A stretch of DNA of 32,000 bases from Chrysotila carterae (lineage: Eukaryota): assembly GCA_054660715.1 (NCBI GenBank), contig BAAGDD010003710.1, forward strand, positions 170,623-202,622, given 5' to 3'. The notes under the pieces are model-generated. The model was not told the DNA's origin and searched no databases. It saw nothing but the letters and a program-made list of their open reading frames with translations. The position numbers and the translations under genes were made by a program. This document shows, one piece after another, positions 19,601 through 30,648 of the stretch. Position 1 is the stretch's first letter. Each line of letters opens with the position of its first letter.

Positions 19601-19859
19601 GTCGAGCGCCCGCATCGACGCCGCCACCTGCTGCTCCCACATGGCTTCGCGAGGTGCAGCCGAGCAGCAGCACGCAAGCCGCGGCTGACGTCTCCGGGAC
19701 GAAAGTCGAAGGCCTCCAGTCAGTGGCGTACAGGTGCTCGACGACCGCCGCGGCGCTCTTGAGACTGCGCACCTTGAAGCCGGAAAGCTGCGCACCAGAC
19801 GAGCCTCGAAGACCGCCGAGCCGCACCGACATCGCGTCGGCGCCGGTCGCTGCGACCAC
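15933..19859 (-). CDS. Giant modular type I PKS, exon segment 4: KR3-ACP3-KS4-DH4
   Basis: Track ORF 15921..19871 (first M is a GTG codon inside the upstream intron) trimmed to splice sites; 1309 codons. SGGTRGLG, GLDSLGAVELRN, DTACSSGLVAC, KANMGH, HVVSGQVVFP. Confidence 0.92.
16799..18039 (-). other. KS4 domain
   Basis: YDTACSSGLVAC (Cys codon 17562-17564), EAHGTGTPLGDPIE, KANMGHAEPAAG. Confidence 0.93.
18130..18345 (-). other. ACP3 domain
   Basis: LLDAGLDSLGAVELRN, Ser codon 18240-18242. Confidence 0.92.
18450..19830 (-). other. KR3 domain including structural subdomain
   Basis: THGGLWGFARSARAE (structural part), VSGGTRGLGLL, VLFSSVSALLGGAGQANYSAANAALD. Confidence 0.88.
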
Positions 19860-19986
19860 CTGCGTGCGCACATCCGCAACACGCCATCCGCGTTATCCGC
19901 AAAGACACCGACACAAGAAGTAGCGCTCCATCGACATGCTATTCACATGCATGCTGCAAGCAACGCGAGGGGCGTCACGGGCGCAC
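19860..19986 (-). other. Spliceosomal intron 3 (127 nt, phase 0)
   Basis: TGG ACG|GTGCGCCCGTGACG...GTGCGCACGCAG|GTG GTC GCA GCG. In-frame TGA just inside the donor; length = 1 mod 3. Confidence 0.87.
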
Positions 19987-20694
19987 CGTCCACAGCTCTC
20001 CAGCAGCATCACCAAGCACTGCAGTGTCGACCGCAAACGGCAAGCGCGTCTCGCTGCTGCCATCGCCGGCTCGGCCTGCACTGCTGCGGCTCATCGCAAG
20101 CATCGTCAGCTGCAGTGCGCCATCGAGGTCCGCAGGGTGCACGCAGGTACCTTCGCGACGTGCGCGCGGTCGCAGTCTCGCGACTGCGGAGCCCGCAGAG
20201 CTGCGAGCAGCCCACAACTGCGTCAGCACCTGGAACGCCTGTCCGTACTCGAGACCGAGGGAGTGGAACGCGGCGTACACGACACGCGGCGCGACCGCGT
20301 GCGCGCCTCGACAGGCACGCGACCAACCGCTCAGTGGACACACACTCAGTGCGTCTGCACGTGCCGCCGTCATGGTGCCAGTGCAATGGACGGTGGCTTC
20401 GGAGAGCGCATCTGCCTCAAGGACGCCGCTGCGCAGCTCAAATCGGCCGTCGACCGCTTCGCACTCAAAATACTTGCCATCGGAAACCAGAAAGGGCTGC
20501 AGGAAGAACACGCCACTGAGACTCGCTCTGGCGCTGCCGTCGCCAAAAGGCGACCTCGCGTCTGTGCTCTGGCCGGCAGAGTAGAGCGCACGCGCCGTTT
20601 CCAAGTAGCCTGCGCCGGGGAAGACCACCTGGCCCGACACCACGTGGTCGTGGACCAGCGCGAACAGCTGACCGGCGCATGCGGATCGGTACAC
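19987..20694 (-). other. DH3 domain
   Basis: HVVSGQVVFPGAGYLE and VHPADLDGALQL. Confidence 0.88.
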
Positions 20695-23600
20695 GACGGA
20701 GGTACTCGCAAGTAAGACAGTTGTAGTGGACTGAAGGAATGGGCTCGAATCCTGACGCCATGCTAACCGTCTGAAAGACATCCAGCGCTTATGAGCCCCT
20801 TTATTGTCTTCAAATTTACAGAAAGCGACAGCTTGTTCAATACGAAGTACAGCATGGGCAATGGTTCCACTGTAACCGAAAGAGCTCACGCCAGCCGAAA
20901 GATCGCCCTCAGCTAGCAACGCTGCGTTGGCAGCAGTAAATGCGTAAGCACCTCCCGATAAAGACGTCGCCACGTGTTTGTTTAGAATGCGCAGCTGCGC
21001 ATTTGAAACTGAAACCCGATTGTGCAATGATAAGACTAGCTTGGAAAGCCCTGTTGCACCCGCCGCAGGCTCAGCATGGCCAATGTTTGCCTTGACACCG
21101 CCGACTGAGAGCGAGGTCCCGGCGGCCATTGCCGCTGCGGGCAGCGCAGATGCCAGCGAGCGCACCTCTATAGGATCGCCCAAGGCAGTGCCAGTACCGT
21201 GCGCCTCGACGAGGGCAATGGCAGCAGAGCTCACCGATGCATCTGCAATCGCGGCGAGTAGGACGCCGCGCTGGGCCTGGCCATTTGGAGCTGTCAGACT
21301 GGCAGAACGACCATCTTGCCGCACGGCCATGCCCGTCAGTAGCACCGGAGCAGCAGACTCCTCGCCGTCATCTCTCATCGCTGGGCACAGCGCGAGCGAG
21401 CCGCATGCCTCTGCACGAGCATATCCGTCAGCGCGACTGTCGAATGTGTGAGAGCGACCGAGTGCCGAAGTCATTCCCGCCACCGCAAATCTTGCACCTA
21501 CTGTCGGCGTCAGCATCAAGTTGACGCCCAAGACGAGGGCCAGAGTACACTCTCTCAGCTGGAGAGCGCGCAAGCCTGCGTGACAGGCGACGAGCGCCGC
21601 CGAGCACGCCGTGTCATACGAGATGCAGGGACCGTGCAGCCCAAGCACGTACGACAAACGACCCGACGCGATCGAGTGGCTTGTTCCCGTCGCCGAGTAC
21701 ACGCTGTTTCTGATGGGCAGTGTCGCAAGCACTTCTTCGAAATCCGAGCTGGCGATGCCGAGAAAAACACCGGAGAGACTGCCACTAATATCCGCTCGGC
21801 GGACGCTCGCCGCATGCAGCGCTGCGTACCCGTGCTCAAGAAGCAGCCGCTGCTGCGGATCCATGGCTGCAGCCTCCGCAGGTGAGATGGCGAAGGCCGC
21901 ACTATCCGCAAGCTCAGCCCCGTGGACGAAGCCGCCATACCGCATGCGGCTGGCTGCGGGCTCAGACAATGCAGGAGCAGCCGACAGGTCCCATCGCGTC
22001 CGAGGCACCTCCTCAATCGCGTCGGCTGCAGCAGCCACCAGATGCCACGCGGAAAGCGTCGTCGCTGCTCCTCCAGGCAACCGAGCACTAAGACCAGCAG
22101 CAGCAGCCGCAGCACCCAGCTCCAGTTGAGGCGGCCTTCCCAACGTGCGCTCCACATCAGCTCCGGCGAGGGCTTCTGCGCTGACGCTGGTAGATGGAAC
22201 GAGCGCAGCTGCCAGTTGCCGCGCGGTCGGGTGATCAAAGATGAGCGTGCTCGGCAGAGTGACGCTGTCGCCGGCTGCGCGCTGCAGGATGTTCCGCAAC
22301 TCGACCGCGCCAAGCGAGTCGATCCCCGCCTCCATCAAGGGCGCATCCGCATCAAGTGCAGAGCCCGCAACCTGCTGAGCTGCCTGCAACACCGAGGTAA
22401 GTGAACTGACAGCGGCTGTGGCTTCATGGCCGGCGGAAGCGGTGCGTACCGCAGCGGATGCGGCAGGTTGGGAAAGAAGCCCGGACAAGAAAAGCTGTGT
22501 AGGCCGCTCATCGCGACATACGCTCTTCCAATCAGCAGGAACCATGCCTAGAATTGGCGGTGAGCTTGACTGCATAGCGTAATGCAAAGTGACTAAGCCC
22601 GCGTTCGGGCTGATCAGCCCGAAGCCACCAGTCGCCGCAAGTGACTCCATTCGCCTCTTTGCAGCTCCACGAGTAGCCATACCGACCTCGGCCCACGGAC
22701 CCCACTGCACGCTGACACAAGCCTGCCCCCGCGACCGAGTATGTGCAGCGAGCGCATCGAGGCTGGAGTTGGCAGCACTGTAGTTTGCTTGTCCGGCACC
22801 GCCAAGTAACGCCGCCACTGAGGAAAAGAGCACGCAAGCGCGCAGCTCATGCGAATTGCACGCAGCGCGCAGTGTAGCTGCTCCGTCCGCCTTCGGTGCG
22901 TGCACGGAACGGAGAGCGCCGTCGGTCTGCTTCGAAAGCACGCCGTCCGCCAGCACCCCTGCCGAGTGCCACACGCCTCGTAGCGGCAGCAGCTCGTTCC
23001 GAAGCACGCTGAAAAGGCTGCGGGCCTCGCTCGTCTCTGACGCATCGCACCGCACCACAAAGCCAACCGCATCACTCGCGCGAATGCGAGGCCATTCATC
23101 GCGCGCACTGCCGGTGAGCACGCCCGATCGAGACGCTAGCACCACCTCTGACGCGCCGCGGCAAGCAAGCCAACGAGACGTGAGCAGTCCGAGACCACTA
23201 AGGCCGCCCAACACGACATGTGCACCGGACGCAGCAGACTTGGACTCACTCCGCGCCGTGCAAACCCGCAACACCACCTTCCCAATGTTGCGCCCGCTCT
23301 GGAGAAACCGGAACGCGGCCTCAAACTGCGTTTCAAGGTCGAAGCTGCTCAGCGGCAAGCTGCTCGTCACTTTCATGCCTGCACGGCGAGACAGCAGCTC
23401 CAAAATGGAGTGCATCCAGACGGTGTCAGCAGCCATGTCGGCGTCCAGAGCGATCGCGCGATACGACACCGATGGTGCTGCGGCGCTGCAGCGCACGTCC
23501 GCCCAGATCGCCCTCTTCCCGATCTCACCGAAGCACGCTTGCTCGCCAAGCACCGCAAATGAAGCCGAGATGAAGTCTCCCGAAAGGCTGTTCAGCGCCG

Positions 23601-24888
23601 CGCGCGCACGAGTTGCACACAACATCGTAGCAAGCCCTCGCCCACACGCAGCGCCGTCGCGAGAGCTGCACAGAGCCCCGACACCGCCTGACCGTAACAA
23701 CTCGTGCTTGGCTGGCCGGCCGGCGCTGCCGATGCACTGAGAATGCAGCCAGTGCGCGTACTCGACAGCCTTGAGACCGACGCCGCCCGCAGCTGCCTGA
23801 ACGATGATCAGATCTGAAGCCCGCAAGGCCGAGCGCTCCAGAGCTACGTGCACAGTGCTCCACGTGACTGGCAGCGTAGACGCCTCCTCGAAGGAGAGCG
23901 CTGATGGCTTCCGTGCGAGCAGCAGGGAGCTGCTCAATGCAAAGCAAGCGAGCGGCGCGCTGCCGATTCCAAACATCGCATCACCAGCCGAGTATTGGCA
24001 TGGACGCGCAGCCGTCTCAACCTCGCCAGCACAGTCCGCGCCAGGCGGTCCTGGATCGCCAGGGTACTCTCCAAGAACATTGAGCACGTCTCGAAAGTTA
24101 AGACCTACTGCACGCACGCGGAGTACGACAAAGCCCGCAGCAGGAGCATCGGGCTTGACCTGCGGCTCGAGGCGCAGATTGCTGATGGCCCCGCGCCCAC
24201 GCAACTCAAGCCGCACTGCGCCAACCGGCGCAGGCCGCAGCGGAGCCAAGCGGCTCACCAAGCAGGCCTGCCGCCCACAAACAAATTCGAACTCTCCCGC
24301 AGCGATCTCCTCTCCTCGTGAAGCGACGAATGACAACAGCGACGCAGGGAGCGACCAACAGTCTCTCAGATCTGCACAGATCAACGGCAGCTGTGCCTCT
24401 GCGCGCGCCGAGCGCGCAAAGCCCCACAGGCCTCCGTGCGTCGGATCCGACGCGCACGAGCCAGCAGTCTGCTGCACTCCGCGGCACAAGAGCCACACGG
24501 CAGGCGGGCTTGGCGTGAGTGCCTGGCGCTGTATTAGGGCGAGTACGCTGCTGAGGACCGGAAGCGAGCTCGCACGCGCTCGGTACAGACAAGATGCGAC
24601 CACAACTGCCACCCAGTAGCTTTGAGCAGCCTCTTGCGGCTTCTGAATCTTTTTCAAAGCCGTCGCCCCTGCAGCCTCGCGCCAGGAGCCCACAACGAGC
24701 AGAGCCGATGGCACCAAATTCCTTGCAGCATTACCGCATGGTCGCCATTCAGTCGCATACACGTGTTCGACAGTGACTTGTCCCCTCCTGAACGTCCGCA
24801 CCTTGAAGCCGTCCAAAGAGACTGAAGGTGCCACGCACGCCTTGCCAAGTTGCACTGACGCCGTCTCGCTGTCTCTTGCAGCAACCAC
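19987..24888 (-). CDS. Giant modular type I PKS, exon segment 3: ER2-KR2-ACP2-KS3-DH3
   Basis: Track ORF 19975..25023 trimmed to splice sites; 1634 codons; same motif series as segment 2. Final DH carries HVVSGQVVFPGAG. Confidence 0.93.
20843..22095 (-). other. KS3 domain
   Basis: SYDTACSAALVACHAG (Cys codon 21604-21606), VEAHGTGTALGDPIE, GGVKANIGHAEPA, SSFGYSGTIAHAVL. Confidence 0.93.
22205..22430 (-). other. ACP2 domain
   Basis: EAGIDSLGAVELRN, Ser codon 22315-22317. Confidence 0.92.
22510..23262 (-). other. KR2 domain
   Basis: GGLSGLG and FSSVAALLGGAGQANYSAAN. Confidence 0.9.
23270..24220 (-). other. ER2 domain
   Basis: Near-identical to ER1 at offset 4966 (LNFRDVLNVLG, AAAGGVG). Confidence 0.9.
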
Positions 24889-24991
24889 CTGAAGACAAAT
24901 CGGCACGCATGTCATTACACAAACATAAGTGTGGCTCAAGATGGTCTGCGTGCACAGAGGACAACAGCAAGTAGAAGGCAGTGATACGTAC
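24889..24991 (-). other. Spliceosomal intron 2 (103 nt, phase 0)
   Basis: GCG|GTACGTATCACTGCC...TGTCTTCAG|GTGGTTGCTGCAAGAGAC; connects exon frames of ORF 24749..29989 and ORF 19975..25023. Confidence 0.9.
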
Positions 24992-25682
24992 CGCCCAGAG
25001 ACTTCCAGCTGCGTCGCCAACAAGAGCCGTGTCTACCGCAAATGGCAGTCGCGTCTCACGACGGTCATCTCCGACGCTAGCAGTGCCGAGAAGCATCAGC
25101 TGAAGTGCGCCATCAAGATCTGCTGGATGCACACGAGTACCCTCACGCACCAGCCGTGCTCGCAACCGGGCAGTTGCCGAGCCAGGTGTACCACTTGTAA
25201 ACCATATCTGAGAAAGCGCTTGAAATCCTTGACCATACTGCAAGCCGGTGAGCCGGAAAGCAGCGTACAATTTCTCCGGCCCTAGACCATGGACTCCACG
25301 AACTGCTCGCGACCAACCAGTTGGAAGACGCCCATGTCCAGTGGTTGCTCGAGCAGCAACCCGCAGACCAGAGCAATGCAGCGCACGCCCTTGCAAGTCG
25401 TCACCTTCGAGCTGGCCGCTGTGAACTTCAAATCGATCAGTGGACGCAGTGCACTCAATATGAACGTTTGCATCTCCCGCAAAAAGTGGCTGTAGGAAGA
25501 AAACAGAGCCGAGGGTAACCGCTTCTGCCCCACTTGGCGAACTTGGCTCAGCGATAGCTCCAGACCACATAGCGCGGCCAATCTCGAGATACGCGGCAGC
25601 AGGAAAGACAATCTTGCCCAGCACGATGTGGTCTGCAACAAGACCGACCAGCCGGCCGCTGCACGCGGAACGATACACAGAG
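24992..25682 (-). other. DH2 domain
   Basis: Near-identical to DH1 at offset 4966. Confidence 0.88.
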
Positions 25683-28600
25683 CTGCTATTGTTGGCGCTG
25701 TCATCTAGAATACGCAGCCTGGCCTGCAGCATAGGGTGCTTATCCCAATTCCATGGCAGGAAGCGTCGAGTCAACACCCGTGATCCTTTATCGTCAAAAT
25801 TTGCAGACGAGGCTAATTTGCAGCACAACACTGCATGTGCGATGGTTCCGCTGTATCCGAACGAACTTATGCCTGATCCCACGTGCGGTACTGATTGAGA
25901 GTCTGTAACTTGTACTGGCAATAAGTAAGCACCATCCTGCAAAGCGCAATACACGTGTGGATTCAGCACTCGGAGCTGAGCATTTGCAGTGGCGAGATGA
26001 CCAAAACCTACCCTAGACACTTTTAGTAGACCTGTCATGCCGGCTGCAAGCTCGGCATGCCCGATATTAGCTTTCACGCCACCAATCAACAGGGCCAAAT
26101 TTGCCGGTCTCATGGAAGTCGAAAATGCTGCTGAAATCGAGCCGGCCTCGATAGGATCTCCAAGCGAGGTGCCAGTACCATGTGCCTCGCAGACGCCGAT
26201 CAGGTCGGGAGAAAGACCAGAGTCTTCAATCGCAGATAGTAGCATCGCTCGCTGTGCCATTCCACTTGGAGCTGTCAGGCTCGCTGAGCGCCCATCTTGC
26301 CTCACTGCTATTCCCATCAAAGAGGATTGGGACTGGACAGTCTGGGCAAGCGGAGATGAAAGCACGGCACAGCCACATGCTTCAGAACGAGCGTAGCCAT
26401 CAGCACGAGAATCGAATGTATATGACCGGCCGTGGCGCGAGGTCATGCCAGCCGTGGCAAAGCTCATGCCTATCCACGGTGTGAGCATCAAACTCACTGC
26501 AGACACAAGCGCAGTGCTGCACTCGCGAAGCTGAAGGGCACGGAGGCCTCCATGACACGCCACCAAAGCAGCTGAACACGCAGTGTCATACGAGGCACAC
26601 AGCCCGTGAAGCCCAAAAACATAAGAAATTCTGCCGGCCGCAATCGAGGAGTTCGCACCCGTTGCTGAATATACGCTCTTGCTCGCAGACGTTGCAGATA
26701 GCAGCTGAAAATAGTCCGAGCTTGAGCAGCCTAAAAACACCCCTGTAAGAGTGCCACTCAGTGATGTGCGCCGCATCTCGCTAGAGTAGAAGGCCATGTA
26801 TCCGTGCTCGAGAAGCAACCGCTGCTGCGGATCCATGGCTGCAGCCTCGGCAGGTGAGATGAGAAATGAAGCGTTGTCAAAAAGTTGCACATTTGACATA
26901 AAGCCAGCATAGCGCATGCGACTTACGATCACAGCTGAAGCTGCTTCAATACTTTGCATCTCCCATCGTGAGCTAGGCACCTGCTTGATAGCATCGGCAG
27001 CGGTTGCAGCTATGCTCCACATATCAAACCCACATGCTCTTCCTCCAGCTTGCCGTAAGCTAGCACCGCAAATGTCAAAAAAGCGGCCTGATTTGCCTTG
27101 ATCGCTGAAGGAATCGGCAGCCCTGACTGCTTCGACTGTAATGCTCGTTGTACTTGTGGATGGAACGAGCGCAGCTGCCAGTTGCCGCGCGGTCGGGTGA
27201 TCAAAGATGAGCGTGCTCGGCAGAGTGACGCTGTCGCCGGCTGCGCGCTGCAGGATGTTCCGCAACTCGACCGCGCCAAGCGAGTCGATCCCCGCCTCCA
27301 TCAAGGGCGCATCCGCATCAAGTGCAGAGCCCGCAACCTGCTGAGCTGCCTGCAACACCGAGGTAAGTGAACTGACAGCGGCTGTGGCTTCATGGCCGGC
27401 GGAAGCGGTGCGTACCGCAGCGGATGCGGCAGGTTGGGAAAGAAGCCCGGACAAGAAAAGCTGTGTAGGCCGCTCATCGCGACATACGCTCTTCCAATCA
27501 GCAGGAACCATGCCTAGAATTGGCGGTGAGCTTGACTGCATAGCGTAATGCAAAGTGACTAAGCCCGCGTTCGGGCTGATCAGCCCGAAGCCACCAGTCG
27601 CCGCAAGTGACTCCATTCGCCTCTTTGCAGCTCCACGAGTAGCCATACCGACCTCGGCCCACGGACCCCACTGCACGCTGACACAAGCCTGCCCCCGCGA
27701 CCGAGTATGTGCAGCGAGCGCATCGAGGCTGGAGTTGGCAGCACTGTAGTTTGCTTGTCCGGCACCGCCAAGTAACGCCGCCACTGAGGAAAAGAGCACG
27801 CAAGCGCGCAGCTCATGCGAATTGCACGCAGCGCGCAGTGTAGCTGCTCCGTCCGCCTTCGGTGCGTGCACGGAACGGAGAGCGCCGTCGGTCTGCTTCG
27901 AAAGCACGCCGTCCGCCAGCACCCCTGCCGAGTGCCACACGCCTCGTAGCGGCAGCAGCTCGTTCCGAAGCACGCTGAAGAGGCTGCGGGCCTCGCTTGT
28001 CTCTGACGCATCGCACCGCACCACAAAGCCAACCGCATCACTCGCGCGAATGCGAGGCCATTCATCGCGCGCACTGCCGGTGAGCACGCCCGATCGAGAC
28101 GCTAGCACCACCTCTGACGCGCCGCGGCAAGCAAGCCAACGAGACGTGAGCAGTCCGAGACCACTAAGGCCACCCAACACGACATGTGCACCGGACGCAG
28201 CAGACTTGGACTCACTCCGCGCCGTGCAAACCCGCAACACCACCTTCCCAATGTTGCGCCCACTCTGGAGAAACCGGAACGCGGCCTCAAACTGCGTTTC
28301 AAGGTCGAAGCTGCTCAGCGGCAAGCTGCTCGTCATTCCCAAGTGCGCACGGCGAGACAGCAGCTCCAAAATGGAGTGCATCCAGACGGTGTCAGCAGCC
28401 ATGTCGGCGTCCAGAGCGATCGCGCGATACGACACCGATGGTGCTGCGGCGCTGCAGCGCACGTCCGCCCAGATCGCCCTCTTCCCGATCTCACCGAAGC
28501 ACGCTTGCTCGCCAAGCACCGCAAATGAAGCCGAGATGAAGTCTCCCGAAAGGCTGTTCAGCGCCGCGCGCGCACGAGTTGCACACAACATCGTAGCAAG

Positions 28601-29854
28601 CCCTCGCCCACACGCAGCGCCATCGCGAGAGCTGCACAGAGTCCCGACACCGCCTGTCCGTAGCAACTCGTGCTTGGCTGGCCGGCCGGCGCTGCCGATG
28701 CACTGAGAATGCAGCCAGTGCGCGTACTCGACAGCCTTGAGACCGACGCCGCCCGCAGCTGCCTGAACGATGATCAGATCTGAAGCCCGCAAGGCCGAGC
28801 GCTCCAGAGCTACGTGCACAGTGCTCCACGTGACTGGCAGCGTAGACGCCTCCTCGAAGGAGAGCGCTGATGGCTTCCGTGCGAGTAGCAGGGAGCTGCT
28901 CAATGCAAAGCAAGCGAGCGGCGCGCTGCCGATTCCAAACATCGCATCACCAGCCGAGTATTGGCATGGACGCGCAGCCGTCTCAATCTCGCCAGCACAG
29001 TCCGCGCCAGGCGGTCCTGGATCGCCAGGGTACTCTCCAAGAACATTGAGCACGTCTCGAAAGTTAAGACCCACTGCACGCACACGGAGTACGACAAAGC
29101 CCGCAGCAGGAGCATCAGGCATGACCTGCGGCTCGAGGCGCAGATTGCTGATGGCCCCGCGCCCACGCAACTCAAGCCGCACTGCGCCAACCGGCGCAGG
29201 CCGCAGCGGAGCCAAGCGGCTCACCAAGCAGGCCTGCCGCCCACAAACAAATTCGAACTCTCCCGCAGCGATCTCCTCTCCTCGTGAAGCGACGAATGAC
29301 AACAGCGACGCAGGGAGCGACCAACAGTCTCTCAGATCTGCACAGATCAACGGCAGCTGTGCCTCTGCGCGCGCCGAGCGCGCAAAGCCCCACAGGCCTC
29401 CGTGCGTCGGATCCGACGCGCACGAGCCAGCAGTCTGCTGCACTCCGCGGCACAAGAGCCACACGGCAGGCGGGCTTGGCGTGAGTGCCTGGCGCTGTAC
29501 TAGGGCGAGTACGCTGCTGAGGACCGGAAGCGAGCTCGCACGCGCTCGGTACAGACAAGATGCGACCACAACTGCCACCCAGTAGCTTTGAGCAGCCTCT
29601 TGCGGCTTCTGAATTTTTTTCAAAGCCGTCGCCCCTGCAGCCTCGCGCCAGGAGCCCACAACGAGCAGAGCCGATGGCACCAAATTCCTTGCAGCGTTAC
29701 CGCATGGTCGCCATTCAGTCGCATACACGTGTTCGACAGTGACTTGTCCCCTCCTGAACGTCCGCACCTTGAAGCCGTCCAAAGAGACTGAAGGTGCCAC
29801 GCACGCCTTGCCAAGTTGCACTGACGCCGTCTCGCTGTCTCTTGCAGCAACCAC
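24992..29854 (-). CDS. Giant modular type I PKS, exon segment 2: ER1-KR1-ACP1-KS2-DH2
   Basis: Track ORF 24749..29989, trimmed at AG acceptor 29856-29855 and GT donor 24991-24990; 1621 codons. Motifs: LNFRDVLNVLGEYPGD, AAAGGVGL, GGLSGLG, FSSVAALLGGAGQANYSAAN, GIDSLGAVELRN, YDTACSAALVA, EAHGTGT. Confidence 0.93.
25811..27080 (-). other. KS2 domain
   Basis: MDPQQRLLLEHGY, YDTACSAALVAC (Cys codon 26576-26578), CEAHGTGTSLGDPIE, GGVKANIGHAE, ISSFGYSGTIAHAV. Confidence 0.93.
27170..27395 (-). other. ACP1 domain
   Basis: DAPLMEAGIDSLGAVELRN; phosphopantetheine Ser codon 27281-27283. Confidence 0.92.
27480..28230 (-). other. KR1 domain
   Basis: HVVLGGLSGLG Rossmann motif; VLFSSVAALLGGAGQANYSAANSSLD with catalytic Ser/Tyr/Asn. 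Confidence 0.9.
28240..29180 (-). other. ER1 domain
   Basis: LNFRDVLNVLGEYPGDPGPPGADCAGE, VQAAAGGVGLKAVEYA, FGEIGKRAIW; standard PKS enoylreductase signatures. Confidence 0.9.
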
Positions 29855-29957
29855 CTGAAGACAAATCGGCACGCATGTCATTACACAAACATGGGTGTGG
29901 CTCAAGATGGTCTGCGTGCACAGAGGACAACAGCAAGTAGAAGGCAGTGATACGTAC
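29855..29957 (-). other. Spliceosomal intron 1 (103 nt, phase 0)
   Basis: Minus strand: TGG GCG|GTACGTATCAC...TTTGTCTTCAG|GTG GTT GCT GCA. Length not divisible by 3; reading through leaves the PKS frame. Same position as intron 2. Confidence 0.9.
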
Positions 29958-30648
29958 CGCCCAGAGACTTCCAGCTGCGTCGCCAACAAGAGCCGTGTCT
30001 ACCGCAAATGGCAGTCGCGTCTCACGACGGTCATCTCCGACGTTAGCAGTGCCGAGAAGCATCAGCTGAAGTGCGCCATCAAGATCTGCTGGATGCACAC
30101 GAGTACCCTCACGCACCAGCCGTGCTCGCAACCGGGCAGTTGCCGAGCCAGGTGTACCACTCGTAAACCATATCTGAGAAAGCGCTTGAAATCCTTGACC
30201 ATACTGCAAGCCGGTGAGCCGGAAAGCAGCGTACAATTTCTCCGGCCCTAGACCATGGACTCCACGAACTGCTCGCGACCAACCAGTTGGAAGACGCCCA
30301 TGTCCAGTGGTTGCTCGAGCAGCAACCCGCAGACCAGAGCAATGCAGCGCACGCCCTTGCAAGTCGTCACCTTCGAGCTGGCCGCTGTGAACTTCAAATC
30401 GATCAGTGGACGCAGTGCACTCAATATGAACGTTTGCATCTCCCGCAAAAAGTGGCTGTAGGAAGAAAACAGAGCCGAGGGTAACCGCTTCTGCCCCACT
30501 TGGCGAACTTGGCTCAGCGATAGCTCCAGACCACATAGCGCGGCCAATCTCGAGATACGCGGCAGCAGGAAAGACAATCTTGCCCAGCACGATGTGGTCT
30601 GCAACAAGACCGACCAGCCGGCCGCTGCACGCGGAACGATACACGAGT
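29958..30648 (-). other. DH1 domain
   Basis: HIVLGKIVFPAAAYLE fits HxxxGxxxxP; DLDGALQ fits the catalytic Asp motif DxxxQ. Confidence 0.88.

Larger units (their letters stand above)
16829..20691. repeat. Tandem duplicate, copy 1, of DH-intron-KR-ACP-KS (partner 12775-16637)
   Basis: See partner; identity breaks at ~20691 just inside the KS3/DH3 linker and at ~16829 at the KS4 C-terminus. Confidence 0.95.
22190..25676. repeat. Near-identical cassette DH-intron-ER-KR-ACP, copy 2 (partner 27156-30642, offset 4966)
   Basis: Track ORFs recur at +4966 (22532/27498, 22856/27822, 24929/29895). Identity stops in the ACP/KS linker and in the KS/DH linker; flanking KS domains differ. Confidence 0.95.
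27156..30642. repeat. Near-identical cassette DH-intron-ER-KR-ACP, copy 1 (partner 22190-25676)
   Basis: See partner. Confidence 0.95.

Noticed and set aside
15921-19871. Treating the 1316-, 1682- and 1746-aa minus ORFs as separate PKS genes
   Set aside because: Each starts inside or next to an intron on an alternative start codon and ends by running into the next intron. Frames connect perfectly through GT..AG sites between DH and KR/ER, so separate genes would cut modules at odd places.
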